A program made the translations under genes and the position numbers. The notes beneath the pieces are model-generated. The model made no database searches, was not told the origin of the DNA, and was given only the letters and a program-made list of their open reading frames with translations. A stretch of DNA of 64,000 nt from Longimicrobiales bacterium (GTDB lineage: Bacteria > Gemmatimonadota > Gemmatimonadetes > Longimicrobiales > Gaopeijiaceae). This document shows, in pieces, positions 48,714 through 59,198 of the stretch; within the stretch, counting starts at the first letter, position 1, and every line of letters begins with the position of its first letter. The stretch lies in assembly GCA_965219445.1 (NCBI GenBank), contig CBDCNQ010000004.1, positions 96,001 through 160,000 on the forward strand, read 5' to 3'.

Positions 48714-49214
48714 CACGCGTGCGTCCATAGCACCCGTGCATCCGCACACCCGTAGTACCCGTGTACACCCGTAGCGCTGTACACCCCTGCCACCACGTCA
48801 GTGAGACCCCGGCACCACCGACTCAGCATTATCCCGCCAGCACCACACACCGGGTACCGCTCCAGCTCTTCCAGTGATTCGATGCCTTCGTCGTATCGAG
48901 TTGCGAAACATCGCGACCCACGGCGTGAGCGCGATTAGAAAACACATGTTCCCACAAACTCCGCGGACGAAGAGCTAGGCCTTGACCCCGCCGGCTCGGT
49001 CTCTCGAGCATCCGCAATCTCATCAGCTAGCACGTCCAAAACACTTACACATATCGCTTTATGGATATAGAAAATGCTGTGCCGGCGGCGGTCCCTCACC
49101 CCTCACCGGACATGGGTGAATGGCACGGCGAAAGATAAACACTTGTTTATTAACAGCATCCTCATCATCTTTCGCGTCCGAGAAACCGCTTCTCCGAATC
49201 GCGGATGAGGACAC

Positions 49215-50225
49215 ATGGTTCGCAAGACGCCATCTGCGGGCGTGCTACTCGCCTGTCTGTTGACGACGGCGCCCGTTTCGGCCCAAACGTCCACGTGGAC
49301 GTCCGAACGTCCCGACGGGCATGCCCCGGCCGGGGTCATGTCCGACTTTCTCGTCTTGAATCGTCGGCTCTACGCCGGCGTGCGCCTCTACCAGGAGCGG
49401 TTCAGGGGTACGAGCCTCGGTACTGAGCCCCTCTCGTCCGACGAAGTTCTGGACTTCTTTTCCGTCGCTCCTCTGAGCCTCGACAAGAACACGGCCGAAG
49501 TGGAGCTCCGGCTCGGCCTGTTCGGCTTTGTGACGGCGGCGGCCTCGCTACCAGTTACTCGCTCCGAGATGCTCAACACCGACGACGCGGTCTTCTTCGA
49601 GACGTCCTCCGAGGTCCTGGGCGATGTCAGCGTTCGAGCGCTCTTCGATGTCTTGGAGATGGACGAGTACCGGGTGAGTTTGAACCTCGGTAGCACGATT
49701 CCGACGGGTAAGATCAAGAAGCGCGACACGACCCCCTTCGCGGTCAGGGGGATACTTCCCTACGCCATGCAGGGTGGCTCCGGAACGTTCGACATCTTGG
49801 CGGGCATGACCTTCCTGACCCAGAACGAGGTCGCTTCGGTCGGCGCCCAGGTCAACGGGGTCATACGGGTGGAGGACAACCGGCGGGGCTATCGCCTCGG
49901 GGATCGATTCAGCTTCTCGGTGTGGGGCGCCCACAACCTTTCGGATTGGATGAGCGTATCGCTTCGCGGTTTCTACGAGACGTGGGGTGACGTTACAGGA
50001 TCCGAGCCGGGAACGGACGGCACATTCGATCCGAGCGCCAACTCCTTTGCACAAGGAGGGGAGCGAGTGCAGATCCCCATTGGCGTCAACTTCTTCCTCC
50101 GGGAAGGACGCTTCGCACGCCACCGGCTCATGGCCGAGTGGTACTACCCGGTCCACCAGGACCTAAACGGCCCTCAGGTAACGGCCGACCGGACCCTAGT
50201 GGTCTCCTGGCAAACCTTCTTCTGA
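49215..50225 (+). CDS. Outer-membrane beta-barrel 'transporter' (MetA-pathway/phenol-degradation-like family)
   Basis: Signal peptide, RPDGHAPAGVM, LGDVSV, IPTG, LPYAMQGGSGTFD, C-terminal Phe. Confidence 0.75.
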   Translation: MVRKTPSAGVLLACLLTTAPVSAQTSTWTSERPDGHAPAGVMSDFLVLNRRLYAGVRLYQERFRGTSLGTEPLSSDEVLDFFSVAPLSLDKNTAEVELRLGLFGFVTAAASLPVTRSEMLNTDDAVFFETSSEVLGDVSVRALFDVLEMDEYRVSLNLGSTIPTGKIKKRDTTPFAVRGILPYAMQGGSGTFDILAGMTFLTQNEVASVGAQVNGVIRVEDNRRGYRLGDRFSFSVWGAHNLSDWMSVSLRGFYETWGDVTGSEPGTDGTFDPSANSFAQGGERVQIPIGVNFFLREGRFARHRLMAEWYYPVHQDLNGPQVTADRTLVVSWQTFF

Positions 50226-50301
50226 CCTTCTTCTGACCGCCGGGATTCGAGGTCGCCCTCCATCTTCATGAGCAGAGAGGCCTGAGCTACCTGCGAGGAA
50301 C

Positions 50302-50541
50302 CTACCCCTCCCCCAGCATCCCCGCGTCCGCCAGCACGCCCCGAGCCCGTTCCTCGTCTTCGGCCCGAACAACGAGCCGCGCCGGATTGACGAACGCCAA
50401 GCCGACGTCCATACCGCCCGCATCGTCGATAAGCAGGGCCGCGTCGACGCCAGCGCTCTTGAGGTACCCGTGGGCTATCTCCGCTTCGTGCCGATAGTGG
50501 AACCGGGCCACGATCGTGGTCGGGATCCGCTCGCGGCTCAC
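50302..50541 (-). CDS. DUF2007-like small signal-transducing protein
   Basis: EAEIAHGYLKSAGV...RLVVRAEDEERARGVL. Confidence 0.75.
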   Translation of the reverse strand: MSRERIPTTIVARFHYRHEAEIAHGYLKSAGVDAALLIDDAGGMDVGLAFVNPARLVVRAEDEERARGVLADAGMLGEG

Positions 50542-50586
50542 GTCCGCTCCCGGCTCACATCCGCTCCCGCACTGTGGATACCTGCA

Positions 50587-51705
50587 TCAACTTGGAAAAA
50601 GCGACCGATCGATGGCGGGCACCAGGTCGAGGGCGTTCTCGTAATAGATCCTACGGAGCACCTCGTCCGGGAGGTCCAGCCCGTACATCTGCCAGAACGC
50701 GTGGTATCGCCGATAGTAGTCGAAGTAATCGTCCGCGGTTTCGAAGACCCGGAAGTAGGTGTGGAACTCCTCCTGGTTGTAGGAGTCCTTGCCCATCAAG
50801 ACCCGGTCCTGGTATTCGATGAGCCACTCCCTCGCGAATCGGGGCTGCCTTCCCAATTCGTAGATGACGGCGCCGAGGCCCACGTACATGTTGGGTATCT
50901 CGTCCAGGAGGCTCCCGAGGCGGGCGAGGTCGTGGCCCAACCACCCGAGATGAGCCGAGATGAATCTCGTGCCCCGATGACGCCGGAAGAGGTTGTGCTG
51001 TTCCCCGATGATCTGCTCGAAGGGTGCGCTCCGGCCTGGCGGCTGTACGCGCCTCGGTCGAAGCGTCAACTCGAGCCACCGCTCGTTGAAGCGGTCGTAG
51101 GGCTGCCAAAATTCCGCGGGGTCAGCGGAGTGGATCAACACTGTGATCCCCAGTTCGCCCGCTTTCGCCCACACGGGATCGAGACGGGGATCGTCCACCC
51201 GGATCCGATTCCCATCCGTGTCGAGGGCGCTCAGGCCCAAGTTCTTGAAGATCTTCAAACCGGCAGCCCCGGCCCTGACATCCGTTTCGAGCTGCCCCGC
51301 AGCCCGTTCACCCCATCCGGGTTCGCCCACGCCTCGAAAGTCGACGTTGGCGAAGAAAACGAAGCGCCCTGCGTGGTCGCGGGTCATGTTTTCCAGCCCC
51401 CTGACAAGACCCGCCCCGCTTCCACCCGAGAGGTTCACCATGACCGCCATGTTGAGCTCGTCCATCTCGCCGACCAGCCGGTCGACGTCGGCGGACGACA
51501 TGCGGCTCCCGTTCTGGTGACCGTGAATGTCCACGAAGGGAAAGCGGGCGCTGGTTACGACGTGCTCGGGAACGATCAGGGTATTACGCGGCTCGTACTC
51601 CTGTACGGTGACGCCCTGGCCGGCGACGGGCTGTGCCGGCACCGGGGGCAACGCCCCCCCCAGAAGTAGAGCGCATCCAACGATCTCGACGGCGGTCAAA
51701 CGCAT
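50587..51705 (-). CDS. Exported amidohydrolase_2-family metallohydrolase
   Basis: VDIHGH, GLKIFK, LIHSADP, SAHLG, MGKD. Confidence 0.87.
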   Translation of the reverse strand: MRLTAVEIVGCALLLGGALPPVPAQPVAGQGVTVQEYEPRNTLIVPEHVVTSARFPFVDIHGHQNGSRMSSADVDRLVGEMDELNMAVMVNLSGGSGAGLVRGLENMTRDHAGRFVFFANVDFRGVGEPGWGERAAGQLETDVRAGAAGLKIFKNLGLSALDTDGNRIRVDDPRLDPVWAKAGELGITVLIHSADPAEFWQPYDRFNERWLELTLRPRRVQPPGRSAPFEQIIGEQHNLFRRHRGTRFISAHLGWLGHDLARLGSLLDEIPNMYVGLGAVIYELGRQPRFAREWLIEYQDRVLMGKDSYNQEEFHTYFRVFETADDYFDYYRRYHAFWQMYGLDLPDEVLRRIYYENALDLVPAIDRSLFPS

Positions 51706-51850
51706 ATGGGCGCTCCACGCTCGGACAGGTCACGGACTGGCACCGCGCAGAAGGGCCACGGCAGTGGGGAATTGTAGCCACCCCGGCCCAGCGGAGAAAC
51801 CCGAGCCAGCGGGCGCAGGAGCATGGATCATGCCCACCGTGCTCGGGCCC

Positions 51851-52912
51851 TCATGACGGCACCGGGTTTCCAACCGACGCCACCGGTTCGCCGTCCCACA
51901 CCCCGTGGCGGATCCCATCCTTCCCAGAGCGCTTCACCGCGTACATCGCTACGTCCGCTACCTGGAGCGCCTCTCGGCTCGTGTCGACCGGCGCCTCGAA
52001 TGTCACGGCCCCGATGCTGAACGTCACCGGCCACCCACCTTTCTCCATCGCCCGGGTGAGTTGCTTACGCAGGTTGTCGAGCACCGATCCGGTGGCACCA
52101 CCCCTGATTTCCGGGAGGACCGCCGCGAATTCGTCTCCGCCCAGGCGCCCGATGATGTCCGTCTGCCGCGTGCTCGACCGGAGTGCATCCGCGACTCGGC
52201 AGAGGAGCTCATCGCCCACGTCGTGTCCCTCCAAATCGTTGACCGCTTTGAAATTGTCGAGGTCTATGTAGGCCAGCGTGAACGCCCGACCGTAGCGCGC
52301 AGCCAGGGCCAACTCGGCGTCGAGCTGTACCATGAATGACCCTCGATTCGGGAGCCCCGTCAGCGTATCCGTTGCCACGAAGGCCGCTTCGTCGGATAGC
52401 CGACGCTTCAGCGTGGCGAACAGCGTGGCGATGATCGCGAGAAGTACGAAGTTCGAAGAAACGCTCCAGATGACCGCCCAACCGACTGGCTCGCCCGCAA
52501 GCACCGAGAACGGCGTGGGAAGCACCGCCGCCACGGCGGCCAGGATGTAGGCAGTTGGGGGCGCGGCCCCCCACGCAGCGAGCGCGATCGGAACGGCATA
52601 CAGGACGAGCAACGCGGTTTCGAGGCCCAACGACGCCTCGGCCGTAGCCACCGCAACGACGAGACCAAACGCCACCCAACCGGCGGCCTTTTGAGGCCAG
52701 ATTGCCACGAAGGCGGCGAGCCTGGCCGTGATCCGGCGGGCCCTGTCGGAGGGCTTCCTGGCCGGGGCGTCCTCGACATCGGCACCCCGCCGCAGCCAAG
52801 CCCGCCGACCCGTGGTCAAGGAGTGCCTCGCTCCAGACCCATGCGGCCCACGCCGGCCATCTCCCTCGCTAGCAGATGAACCTCCGTCAGCTTCCACTGT
52901 GCCCGTGCGCAC
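51851..52912 (-). CDS. Membrane-bound diguanylate cyclase (true start probably inside this ORF, near 52800)
   Basis: TM helices; TDTLTGLPNR, DLDNFKAVND, RQTD I-site, RLGGDEF. Confidence 0.88.
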   Translation of the reverse strand: MRTGTVEADGGSSASEGDGRRGPHGSGARHSLTTGRRAWLRRGADVEDAPARKPSDRARRITARLAAFVAIWPQKAAGWVAFGLVVAVATAEASLGLETALLVLYAVPIALAAWGAAPPTAYILAAVAAVLPTPFSVLAGEPVGWAVIWSVSSNFVLLAIIATLFATLKRRLSDEAAFVATDTLTGLPNRGSFMVQLDAELALAARYGRAFTLAYIDLDNFKAVNDLEGHDVGDELLCRVADALRSSTRQTDIIGRLGGDEFAAVLPEIRGGATGSVLDNLRKQLTRAMEKGGWPVTFSIGAVTFEAPVDTSREALQVADVAMYAVKRSGKDGIRHGVWDGEPVASVGNPVPS

Positions 52913-53322
52913 ATAACCGCAAGTACCATCAGAAGGAGGTTGCCCGTGATCAGCCCGAGGCCCCCGCTGCCTCCAACCCGGAAGAGAAAGACGACCCGGG
53001 TCACGACCACGTATCCCGCGAAGAGTAGTGGCACGAAGCTGCCCGCGAAGATCAATCGGCCCCAGCGGCTGGGCTTTTCCAGGACTCTCGAGACCGCCTG
53101 CAGCCCGTAGGCGACCATCGCCACCATCGAGAGCACTGCGCCAATCATGAACACCACGTGCTCGGAGAGTTGGAATCCCTGCCGAATGGACTGCACCAGG
53201 CCGTATAACCCCAGGACCACCAACGGCGGGAGGCCCACCGCAATCTTGGCCGCCGCCATGCGCTCAACCGCTTGGGCCACGAGAGATACGGGGTCACCGT
53301 CCTCGGGGGGTTCATTCGCCAT
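52816..53322 (-). CDS. Hypothetical 4-TM membrane protein
   Basis: ATG-initiated ORF with four hydrophobic segments, co-oriented with its neighbours. Confidence 0.65.
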   Translation of the reverse strand: MANEPPEDGDPVSLVAQAVERMAAAKIAVGLPPLVVLGLYGLVQSIRQGFQLSEHVVFMIGAVLSMVAMVAYGLQAVSRVLEKPSRWGRLIFAGSFVPLLFAGYVVVTRVVFLFRVGGSGGLGLITGNLLLMVLAVMCARAQWKLTEVHLLAREMAGVGRMGLERGTP

Positions 53323-53388
53323 TCTTAATGATCATCCATGCCCATTACCGGCGCCAGGGAAAAGTCCGGCGCTTACCGGTCACGGTGC

Positions 53389-54084
53389 TCACGAAGGCGC
53401 AATAAGGAACTTCGCTCTCTCCCACACGGCATCGAACATCGGCTCGGTGAGCCTGCCTGTGAAGGTATTCTGCTGGCTCGGATGGTAGCAGCCGAGCACC
53501 GTTCTGCTTCCGAGATCCACCTCCACACCGTGCGCGAACTTCGGACGGGGATGGGGGACCGGCTCCCCCCGCCTCTGGAGGATTCGAAGCACCTGATCGA
53601 ACGCGAACGCTCCGAGGGCCACCACCACAGCGGCGGAACGAAAGATCTCCAACTCCTCCTGGAGATAGGGCCGGCAGTGGTCCCGCTCGGCGGGACTCGG
53701 GCGGTTCGCGGGCGGCGCGCATCGGACGGCCGCCGTAATGTAGGCTCGCGACAGACTCAACCCGTCGTCGGCTGTACGTCCGTCGGGCTGATTGGCAAAA
53801 CCCGCCCGGTGCAGAGCCCGGTACAACCAGTCTCCGGCGCGATCCCCGGTAAACATGCGCCCCGTCCGATTGGCGCCGTGGGCGCCCGGAGCGAGACCCA
53901 CGATGAGAAGCTCTGCATCCGGGTCCCCGAAAGAGGGGACGGGGCGTCCCCAATAGGTCTCTGCTGCGTAGGCGGCCCGCTTTTCACGAGCCACGGTCGA
54001 GCGCCACTCCACCAGGCGCGGACACCGAGCACATGCCACGACGCGTTCGTTCAGGGCCCGCAGGCGCGGTTCATTCCCGTCCAA
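53389..54084 (-). CDS. Uracil-DNA glycosylase, family 5 (UdgB-like, Fe-S)
   Basis: CARCPRL, GLAPGAHGANRTGRMFTGD, VRCAPP, YHPSQQNTFTGRLT. Confidence 0.93.
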   Translation of the reverse strand: MDGNEPRLRALNERVVACARCPRLVEWRSTVAREKRAAYAAETYWGRPVPSFGDPDAELLIVGLAPGAHGANRTGRMFTGDRAGDWLYRALHRAGFANQPDGRTADDGLSLSRAYITAAVRCAPPANRPSPAERDHCRPYLQEELEIFRSAAVVVALGAFAFDQVLRILQRRGEPVPHPRPKFAHGVEVDLGSRTVLGCYHPSQQNTFTGRLTEPMFDAVWERAKFLIAPS

Positions 54085-54161
54085 AAGGCCCTACTCCGGC
54101 TGCCGCCTGGTGCCGATAGAATCCGTAGAGAAGCCCACACCCCTCAGGTCGACCATCCACC

Positions 54162-54398
54162 TCAGGTCGACCCATGATCCGTCTCACCTTTGGGGGCGTT
54201 TCGACGACCGACGATCGCGCCAACGAGAGGGCCGACCAAGGCTCCAACCGTGACTCCGATTACGGTCATCACCCCCATAGGGTTGAGATGGCTCAAGGAG
54301 GGTCCACCGGCCGCTACGGACCGGTACAGACTCAATGCCAAGAACAAGCCACCACCGACCGTCGCGCCGATCGCAGTCCACCGTCCAGTAGGCGTCAA
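54162..54398 (-). CDS. Small 2-TM hypothetical protein
   Basis: Two Gly-rich hydrophobic segments; fills the gap between same-strand genes. Confidence 0.55.
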   Translation of the reverse strand: MTPTGRWTAIGATVGGGLFLALSLYRSVAAGGPSLSHLNPMGVMTVIGVTVGALVGPLVGAIVGRRNAPKGETDHGST

Positions 54399-54455
54399 GA
54401 CCAGAAGCCTGATGAAGAACTGGGGCGAGCCATCACACGGCCAACGGTCGGGCTC

Positions 54456-57400
54456 TTACTCGGGCTGCTGCACGAGGCCCGAGGGGGGTGCCACGGGTCC
54501 GCCTTCGGTCGGGCCGGCACGCGGCTCGACTGGATCCGGCTTCGCGGTGCCCACGGGCCCCGGGCTCCGAGTCTCGCCCGACGTCGTTCCAAAAGCCCCT
54601 TGTTCCGCCAACACCGCACCACGCTGCGTGAAGTACCGAATGAAGAAGTCCGACGCGTCGTCCACGACGGAGTAGAGCACAGGCACAAGGATGAGCGTGA
54701 GGAAGGTCGCGAACAGAATTCCGATGATGACGGCGATGGCCATGGGACCCCACCACGCCGCCTGCTCGCCCCCCCAATACAGATTCGGCTCGAGCCTCGT
54801 ATAGAGGCCGAAGAAATCGAAGTTCAGGCCGACGGCCAGCGGGATCAGCCCCAGTGCGGTCGTGACCGCTGTCAGGATCACTGGCCGGAAGCGTACCTCT
54901 CCGGCGCGCACGAGGGCCTCTCGCCGCCCCAGTCCGTCTCGCGTTCGCAGGATGCCGACGTAGTCGAGCAACACGATCGCATTGTTCACGACGATGCCTG
55001 CAAGCGAAATGATGCCGACACCCGTCATGATGATGCTGAACGGCATCCGGAACACGAGCAGGCCGAGGAGTACGCCGCCCGTGGACATGAACACGGACGT
55101 CAGAATGATCAGCGGCGTGACCACGGAGTTGAACTGGCTCACCAGAATCAGTCCGATCAGCATGATCGCCCCGAAGAACGCCGTCTGCAGGAACGCCTCG
55201 GCTTCCGCCTGCTCTTCAGACTGCCCCGTGTACTGTATCTGATAGCCCACCGGTAATTCGTTCGAGGCGAAATCGGCCAGGACCCCCCGCACCTCCGCAA
55301 GGACGTTGTTGTTGTTCAGGCCCGCCCGCACATCGGAACTGATCGTGGCCATTCGCGTCTGGTCCTTCCGGCGGATACTGCCGTATCCCTCCCGCACGTC
55401 CCACTTCGCCACCGAAAGAAGGGGGATTTGCGTCCCTTCGTTCATCACGGTCAGGTCGCGCAGGCTCTCCAACTCCCCGCGGTACTCCTCGGCGAGACGA
55501 ACCACGATGTCGTACTCATCGTTGCCCGTCCGGTACTTCGCCGCCTCGATCCCTTGAATGGCACCACGGATCGCCATCCCGACGTCTCTGCTCGACACCC
55601 CGTACAGCGCCGCAAGCTCTCGGTCTACAGATACCGACAACTCGGGGCGGGCGGCGTCCAGGTCGCTCTCCAGCCCCACGAGCTTCGCGTAGACCGGGTC
55701 GCCCTCCAGAATCTCGAGCACGCGGTCGGACAGATCTTGCAACGTCGCCGGGTCTTCTCCCACGATCTCGATATTTACGGGCCTACCTTGGGCGGGTCCC
55801 TCCGCAAGCTGTTCTACTGTGATGTCCGCTCCGGCGATGTCCCGCCCTAGCGTGGCCTGCATGGCCACCAGGAGGTCGTTGGCATTCAGCTCCTGACTCC
55901 CGAATTCGATCATACTCACGGTCACGCGCCCCGCGTTCGGACCCGAAGCGCCCCCACTCATTGGGTTTCCACCGCCCGCCGAGCCACCGACGGTGGCGAC
56001 GACCGACTCCACTTCCGACATGCCCGGAAGAACCTGGACGTCCTCCTCGAGCCGCAGCGCGATGGCGTCCGTCGCTTCCGGGCTGCTGCCGACGGGCAGA
56101 TCGATGTCCACGAGGATCTGTTTGGGCGGCATGTCCTCGGGGAAGAACTCGACCCCCGCGTTGAACCCGTAGAATAGGCCACCCATCGCGACGAAGCCCA
56201 GAAACGAGCCCACGAGCAGATATGCCCTGTGGTCTAGGGCCCATTGGAGCTGCCTGTCGTAAACGGTCAGAATCCGCGGAAGCCAAAGGCGCTGAAAACC
56301 GGTCGCCATCCCCCGTAGGAGGACCGAATGTAGCCCATACAGCCCAGCCACCGTCGCGGCGAGGAGCGCTACCAAGAGCGGATTCTGTATCCCGATCCCA
56401 GCTCCGACCAATACGGTGGCACCGATCATCGTCCAGCGGGCCGCGGGCGTCAGGGGGGGCGCCGGATCATCCTCGAGCCGGAGAAACATTGCGCACAGCG
56501 TCGGAACGATCACGAGCGCCACAAACAGGGAGCTGGAAAGCGCGACGATGAGCGTCGACGGCATGAACTTCATGAACTCGCCCACTTGGCCAGGCCAGAA
56601 CAAGAGTGGGGCGAAGGCGGCGAGTGTGGTCACCGTTGCAGCGATCACCGGCATCGCCACTTCGCCCGTGGCCTTTTTCGCGGCTGTCCGCCGGTCCCAG
56701 CCCTCCTCGACATACCGGTAGATGTTCTCGACCACGACGATGGCGTTGTCGACGAGCATTCCCAGGGCGAGGATCAGCGAGAAGAGCACGACCATGTTCA
56801 GCGTGATCCCGAGGAACTGCAGGATCACGAAGGAAAGCAGCATGGACGTGGGGATCGATATGGCCACGAACACTGAATTCCCGGCGCCCAGGAAGAACAG
56901 AAGCACGCCAATGATCAGGATGAGCCCCGAGATGATGTTGTCCTCGAGGCTGCTCACCATGTCGTCGATCTGTACCGACTGGTCTGACGTGATTTTCACC
57001 ACGGTCGTCGGCGGGAGGAGCGGCTCCATCTCCCGGATCGTGGCCTTCACCAGTTCGGCGGTCTCGATGATGTTTTCGCCGGAGCGCTTCAGCACGTCCA
57101 GTGTGACGACCGGGGCATCGTCGAGGCGCGCGTAGCTGGTTCGTTCCTGGAAGCCGAAATCAACGTCGGCAATGTCCCGGACGTAGATCGGGCGGCCGTC
57201 CTCGGCGGCGACCACGAGGTCCTGAATGATCATCGGATCCTCGAACTCACCAGAGACCCGCACCAGATACTGCAGCGACCCTACGTCGATCGACCCCCCG
57301 GGAATGTTTACGTTCTCGTCACGAATCGCGTCGATTACGTCCTGGATTGCGAGGCTGTAAAACTGTAATCGGTCGAGATGGACGTCCACCTTGACCTCTC

Positions 57401-58064
57401 GCTCCAGCCCTCCCCGGACGTCGACCCTCAAGACCCCTGGGATCTGCTCGACCCGGTCCTGCATTTCCTCCCCGAGTTCCTTGAGCCGCACGAGACCGTA
57501 TTGGCCCGAGAGGTTCACCTGCATGATGGGCATCTCGGAGAAATCGAACTCGATGATCGACGGGTCCTCGGCTTCAGCCGGCAATTCCGCCTTCGCCAGA
57601 TCGACCTTCTCCCGCACCCTCTGGAGAGCCCCCTCGAGGTCCACCGTCGCTTCGAATTCGGCGACGATGCTCGAGTAGCCCTCGACTGAAGTCGACGTCA
57701 GTTCTTTGACGTCGGAGATGGTCGAAAGCTCATCCTCCAGGGGACGGGTGATCAGACTTTCGATGTCGGCAGGTGTCACACCCGGATAGATCGTATTGAC
57801 GGCGATCATCGGGATTTCGATCTCCGGGAAGGACTCCCGAGGGATCACCCGGTACGCGAACAGGCCCGCGACCGCGATGAACGTGAAGAGGACCAATACG
57901 CTGGTCTGGTGGTCGACCGCTATGCTGGTCGCGCGAAATTCCTTGAAGCGCTCCAAGAATCCGGGTTCCTGGCCGGGCCCCACGTGAGCGCGGCCTTCGG
58001 AGTCCGGCGCTCCGTCGCGAGAGCTCCCGTTCGAATCCGAGCCACCGTCGGTGGGCTTGATCAT
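54456..58064 (-). CDS. RND efflux permease (AcrB/AcrD/AcrF family)
   Basis: RESFPEIEIP, GMLVDNAIVVVENIYR, GIVVNNAIVLLD, RFRPVILT. Confidence 0.95.
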   Translation of the reverse strand: MIKPTDGGSDSNGSSRDGAPDSEGRAHVGPGQEPGFLERFKEFRATSIAVDHQTSVLVLFTFIAVAGLFAYRVIPRESFPEIEIPMIAVNTIYPGVTPADIESLITRPLEDELSTISDVKELTSTSVEGYSSIVAEFEATVDLEGALQRVREKVDLAKAELPAEAEDPSIIEFDFSEMPIMQVNLSGQYGLVRLKELGEEMQDRVEQIPGVLRVDVRGGLEREVKVDVHLDRLQFYSLAIQDVIDAIRDENVNIPGGSIDVGSLQYLVRVSGEFEDPMIIQDLVVAAEDGRPIYVRDIADVDFGFQERTSYARLDDAPVVTLDVLKRSGENIIETAELVKATIREMEPLLPPTTVVKITSDQSVQIDDMVSSLEDNIISGLILIIGVLLFFLGAGNSVFVAISIPTSMLLSFVILQFLGITLNMVVLFSLILALGMLVDNAIVVVENIYRYVEEGWDRRTAAKKATGEVAMPVIAATVTTLAAFAPLLFWPGQVGEFMKFMPSTLIVALSSSLFVALVIVPTLCAMFLRLEDDPAPPLTPAARWTMIGATVLVGAGIGIQNPLLVALLAATVAGLYGLHSVLLRGMATGFQRLWLPRILTVYDRQLQWALDHRAYLLVGSFLGFVAMGGLFYGFNAGVEFFPEDMPPKQILVDIDLPVGSSPEATDAIALRLEEDVQVLPGMSEVESVVATVGGSAGGGNPMSGGASGPNAGRVTVSMIEFGSQELNANDLLVAMQATLGRDIAGADITVEQLAEGPAQGRPVNIEIVGEDPATLQDLSDRVLEILEGDPVYAKLVGLESDLDAARPELSVSVDRELAALYGVSSRDVGMAIRGAIQGIEAAKYRTGNDEYDIVVRLAEEYRGELESLRDLTVMNEGTQIPLLSVAKWDVREGYGSIRRKDQTRMATISSDVRAGLNNNNVLAEVRGVLADFASNELPVGYQIQYTGQSEEQAEAEAFLQTAFFGAIMLIGLILVSQFNSVVTPLIILTSVFMSTGGVLLGLLVFRMPFSIIMTGVGIISLAGIVVNNAIVLLDYVGILRTRDGLGRREALVRAGEVRFRPVILTAVTTALGLIPLAVGLNFDFFGLYTRLEPNLYWGGEQAAWWGPMAIAVIIGILFATFLTLILVPVLYSVVDDASDFFIRYFTQRGAVLAEQGAFGTTSGETRSPGPVGTAKPDPVEPRAGPTEGGPVAPPSGLVQQPE

Positions 58065-58071
58065 GCGGCCC

Positions 58072-59191
58072 TCACCTCGTCCCGACCACGTTGACTCGGT
58101 CACCGGCCGTCACCTGCTGCTGACCGACCACGATGAGTCGCTCACCAGCCGTCAGGCCGGCCTCGACGACGACCTCGTTGCGCTGGCTAGACCCGATTTC
58201 GACGGCTCGGCTCACAACGACGGCGTCGCTCCCATTCCCCTCAACCACGAAGACCACGTATCCGTCCTCGACCCTCACCAGCGCTTCTTGGGGGATGACT
58301 ACCGCCCCCTCGACCGTCTGCCGGACCAAGCCCACGTTGGCGACCATCTCCGGCTTGATCAGGCCATCCGGGTTCGGCATCTCGAGTTCGACCAAGAAGG
58401 TGCGATTACGGGCGTTCACCGTTGCGCCCACATAGCTGATCCTACCTTCGGAGGAAATATCCAGAACGTCGAACTCGGTTGTGGCCGACGCCCCGACCCT
58501 CACATCTCGGGCGTAACGTTCCGGCACACCTGCCACCACCTTGACCGGATCGAGCGAGACGATACGTGCCACATCGGTCCCGATGTTCACCATGGCCCCG
58601 ACTTCCACCAGACGGGTCTCCAAAACACCGTCGATGGGAGCACGGATCACCGTGCGGCCGAGACGGGTCTGAAGCGTTGTCAAACGAGCCGATGCTTGTT
58701 CAGCGCCGTATCTGGCCTCGAGATAGGCCAGTTCCGAACCCACCTGGTCCACTTCGTACAAGCGCTTGCGTCGCTCCCATATCTCGTTTCTCGTTCGCCA
58801 GGGAGGCCTGCGCCATGGCTTCTTCCACCTGACTCCGGAGCACCGCATCGTCGACCTCCAACAGCGGCTGGCCCACCGTGACCGTAGCACCCTTATCGAC
58901 GACGACACGGCGGATCACGCCGGACTCTTGGGCAGAAAGCGTGACGTCCTGACTCGCCACGACTGTGCCGGTCAGGCTGATCCGCTCCACGAAGTCGCGG
59001 GTCTTCACCGTCGAAGTCTCGACATTGATAACGCGTGAAGCCCCCTCGACGAGCACTCCTGCGTCGCTGGTCCCTCCTGCCTCGGCGTCTCTCCCACCCG
59101 CCTCGATGTCTCCGCCGCAGGCCAGGGCGCCGAGCAGAAGCGTCAGCAGGCCTGCCGTCAACCGACGGTGAATCGTCATGATCTTCCTCAT
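58072..59191 (-). pseudogene. RND periplasmic adaptor (MFP) frameshifted by a 7-bp duplication
   Basis: ALAC lipobox, VDKGATVTVGQPLL, IRAPIDG, KPEM. Removing one TCTCGTT at 58782-58795 restores LANEIWERRKRL. Confidence 0.87.
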
Positions 59192-59198
59192 TCCCCTG

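Noticed and set aside
48714..48790. Mini CRISPR array
   Set aside because: Repeats are only ~6-8 bp, with no spacer-length unique sequences and no cas genes in the window.
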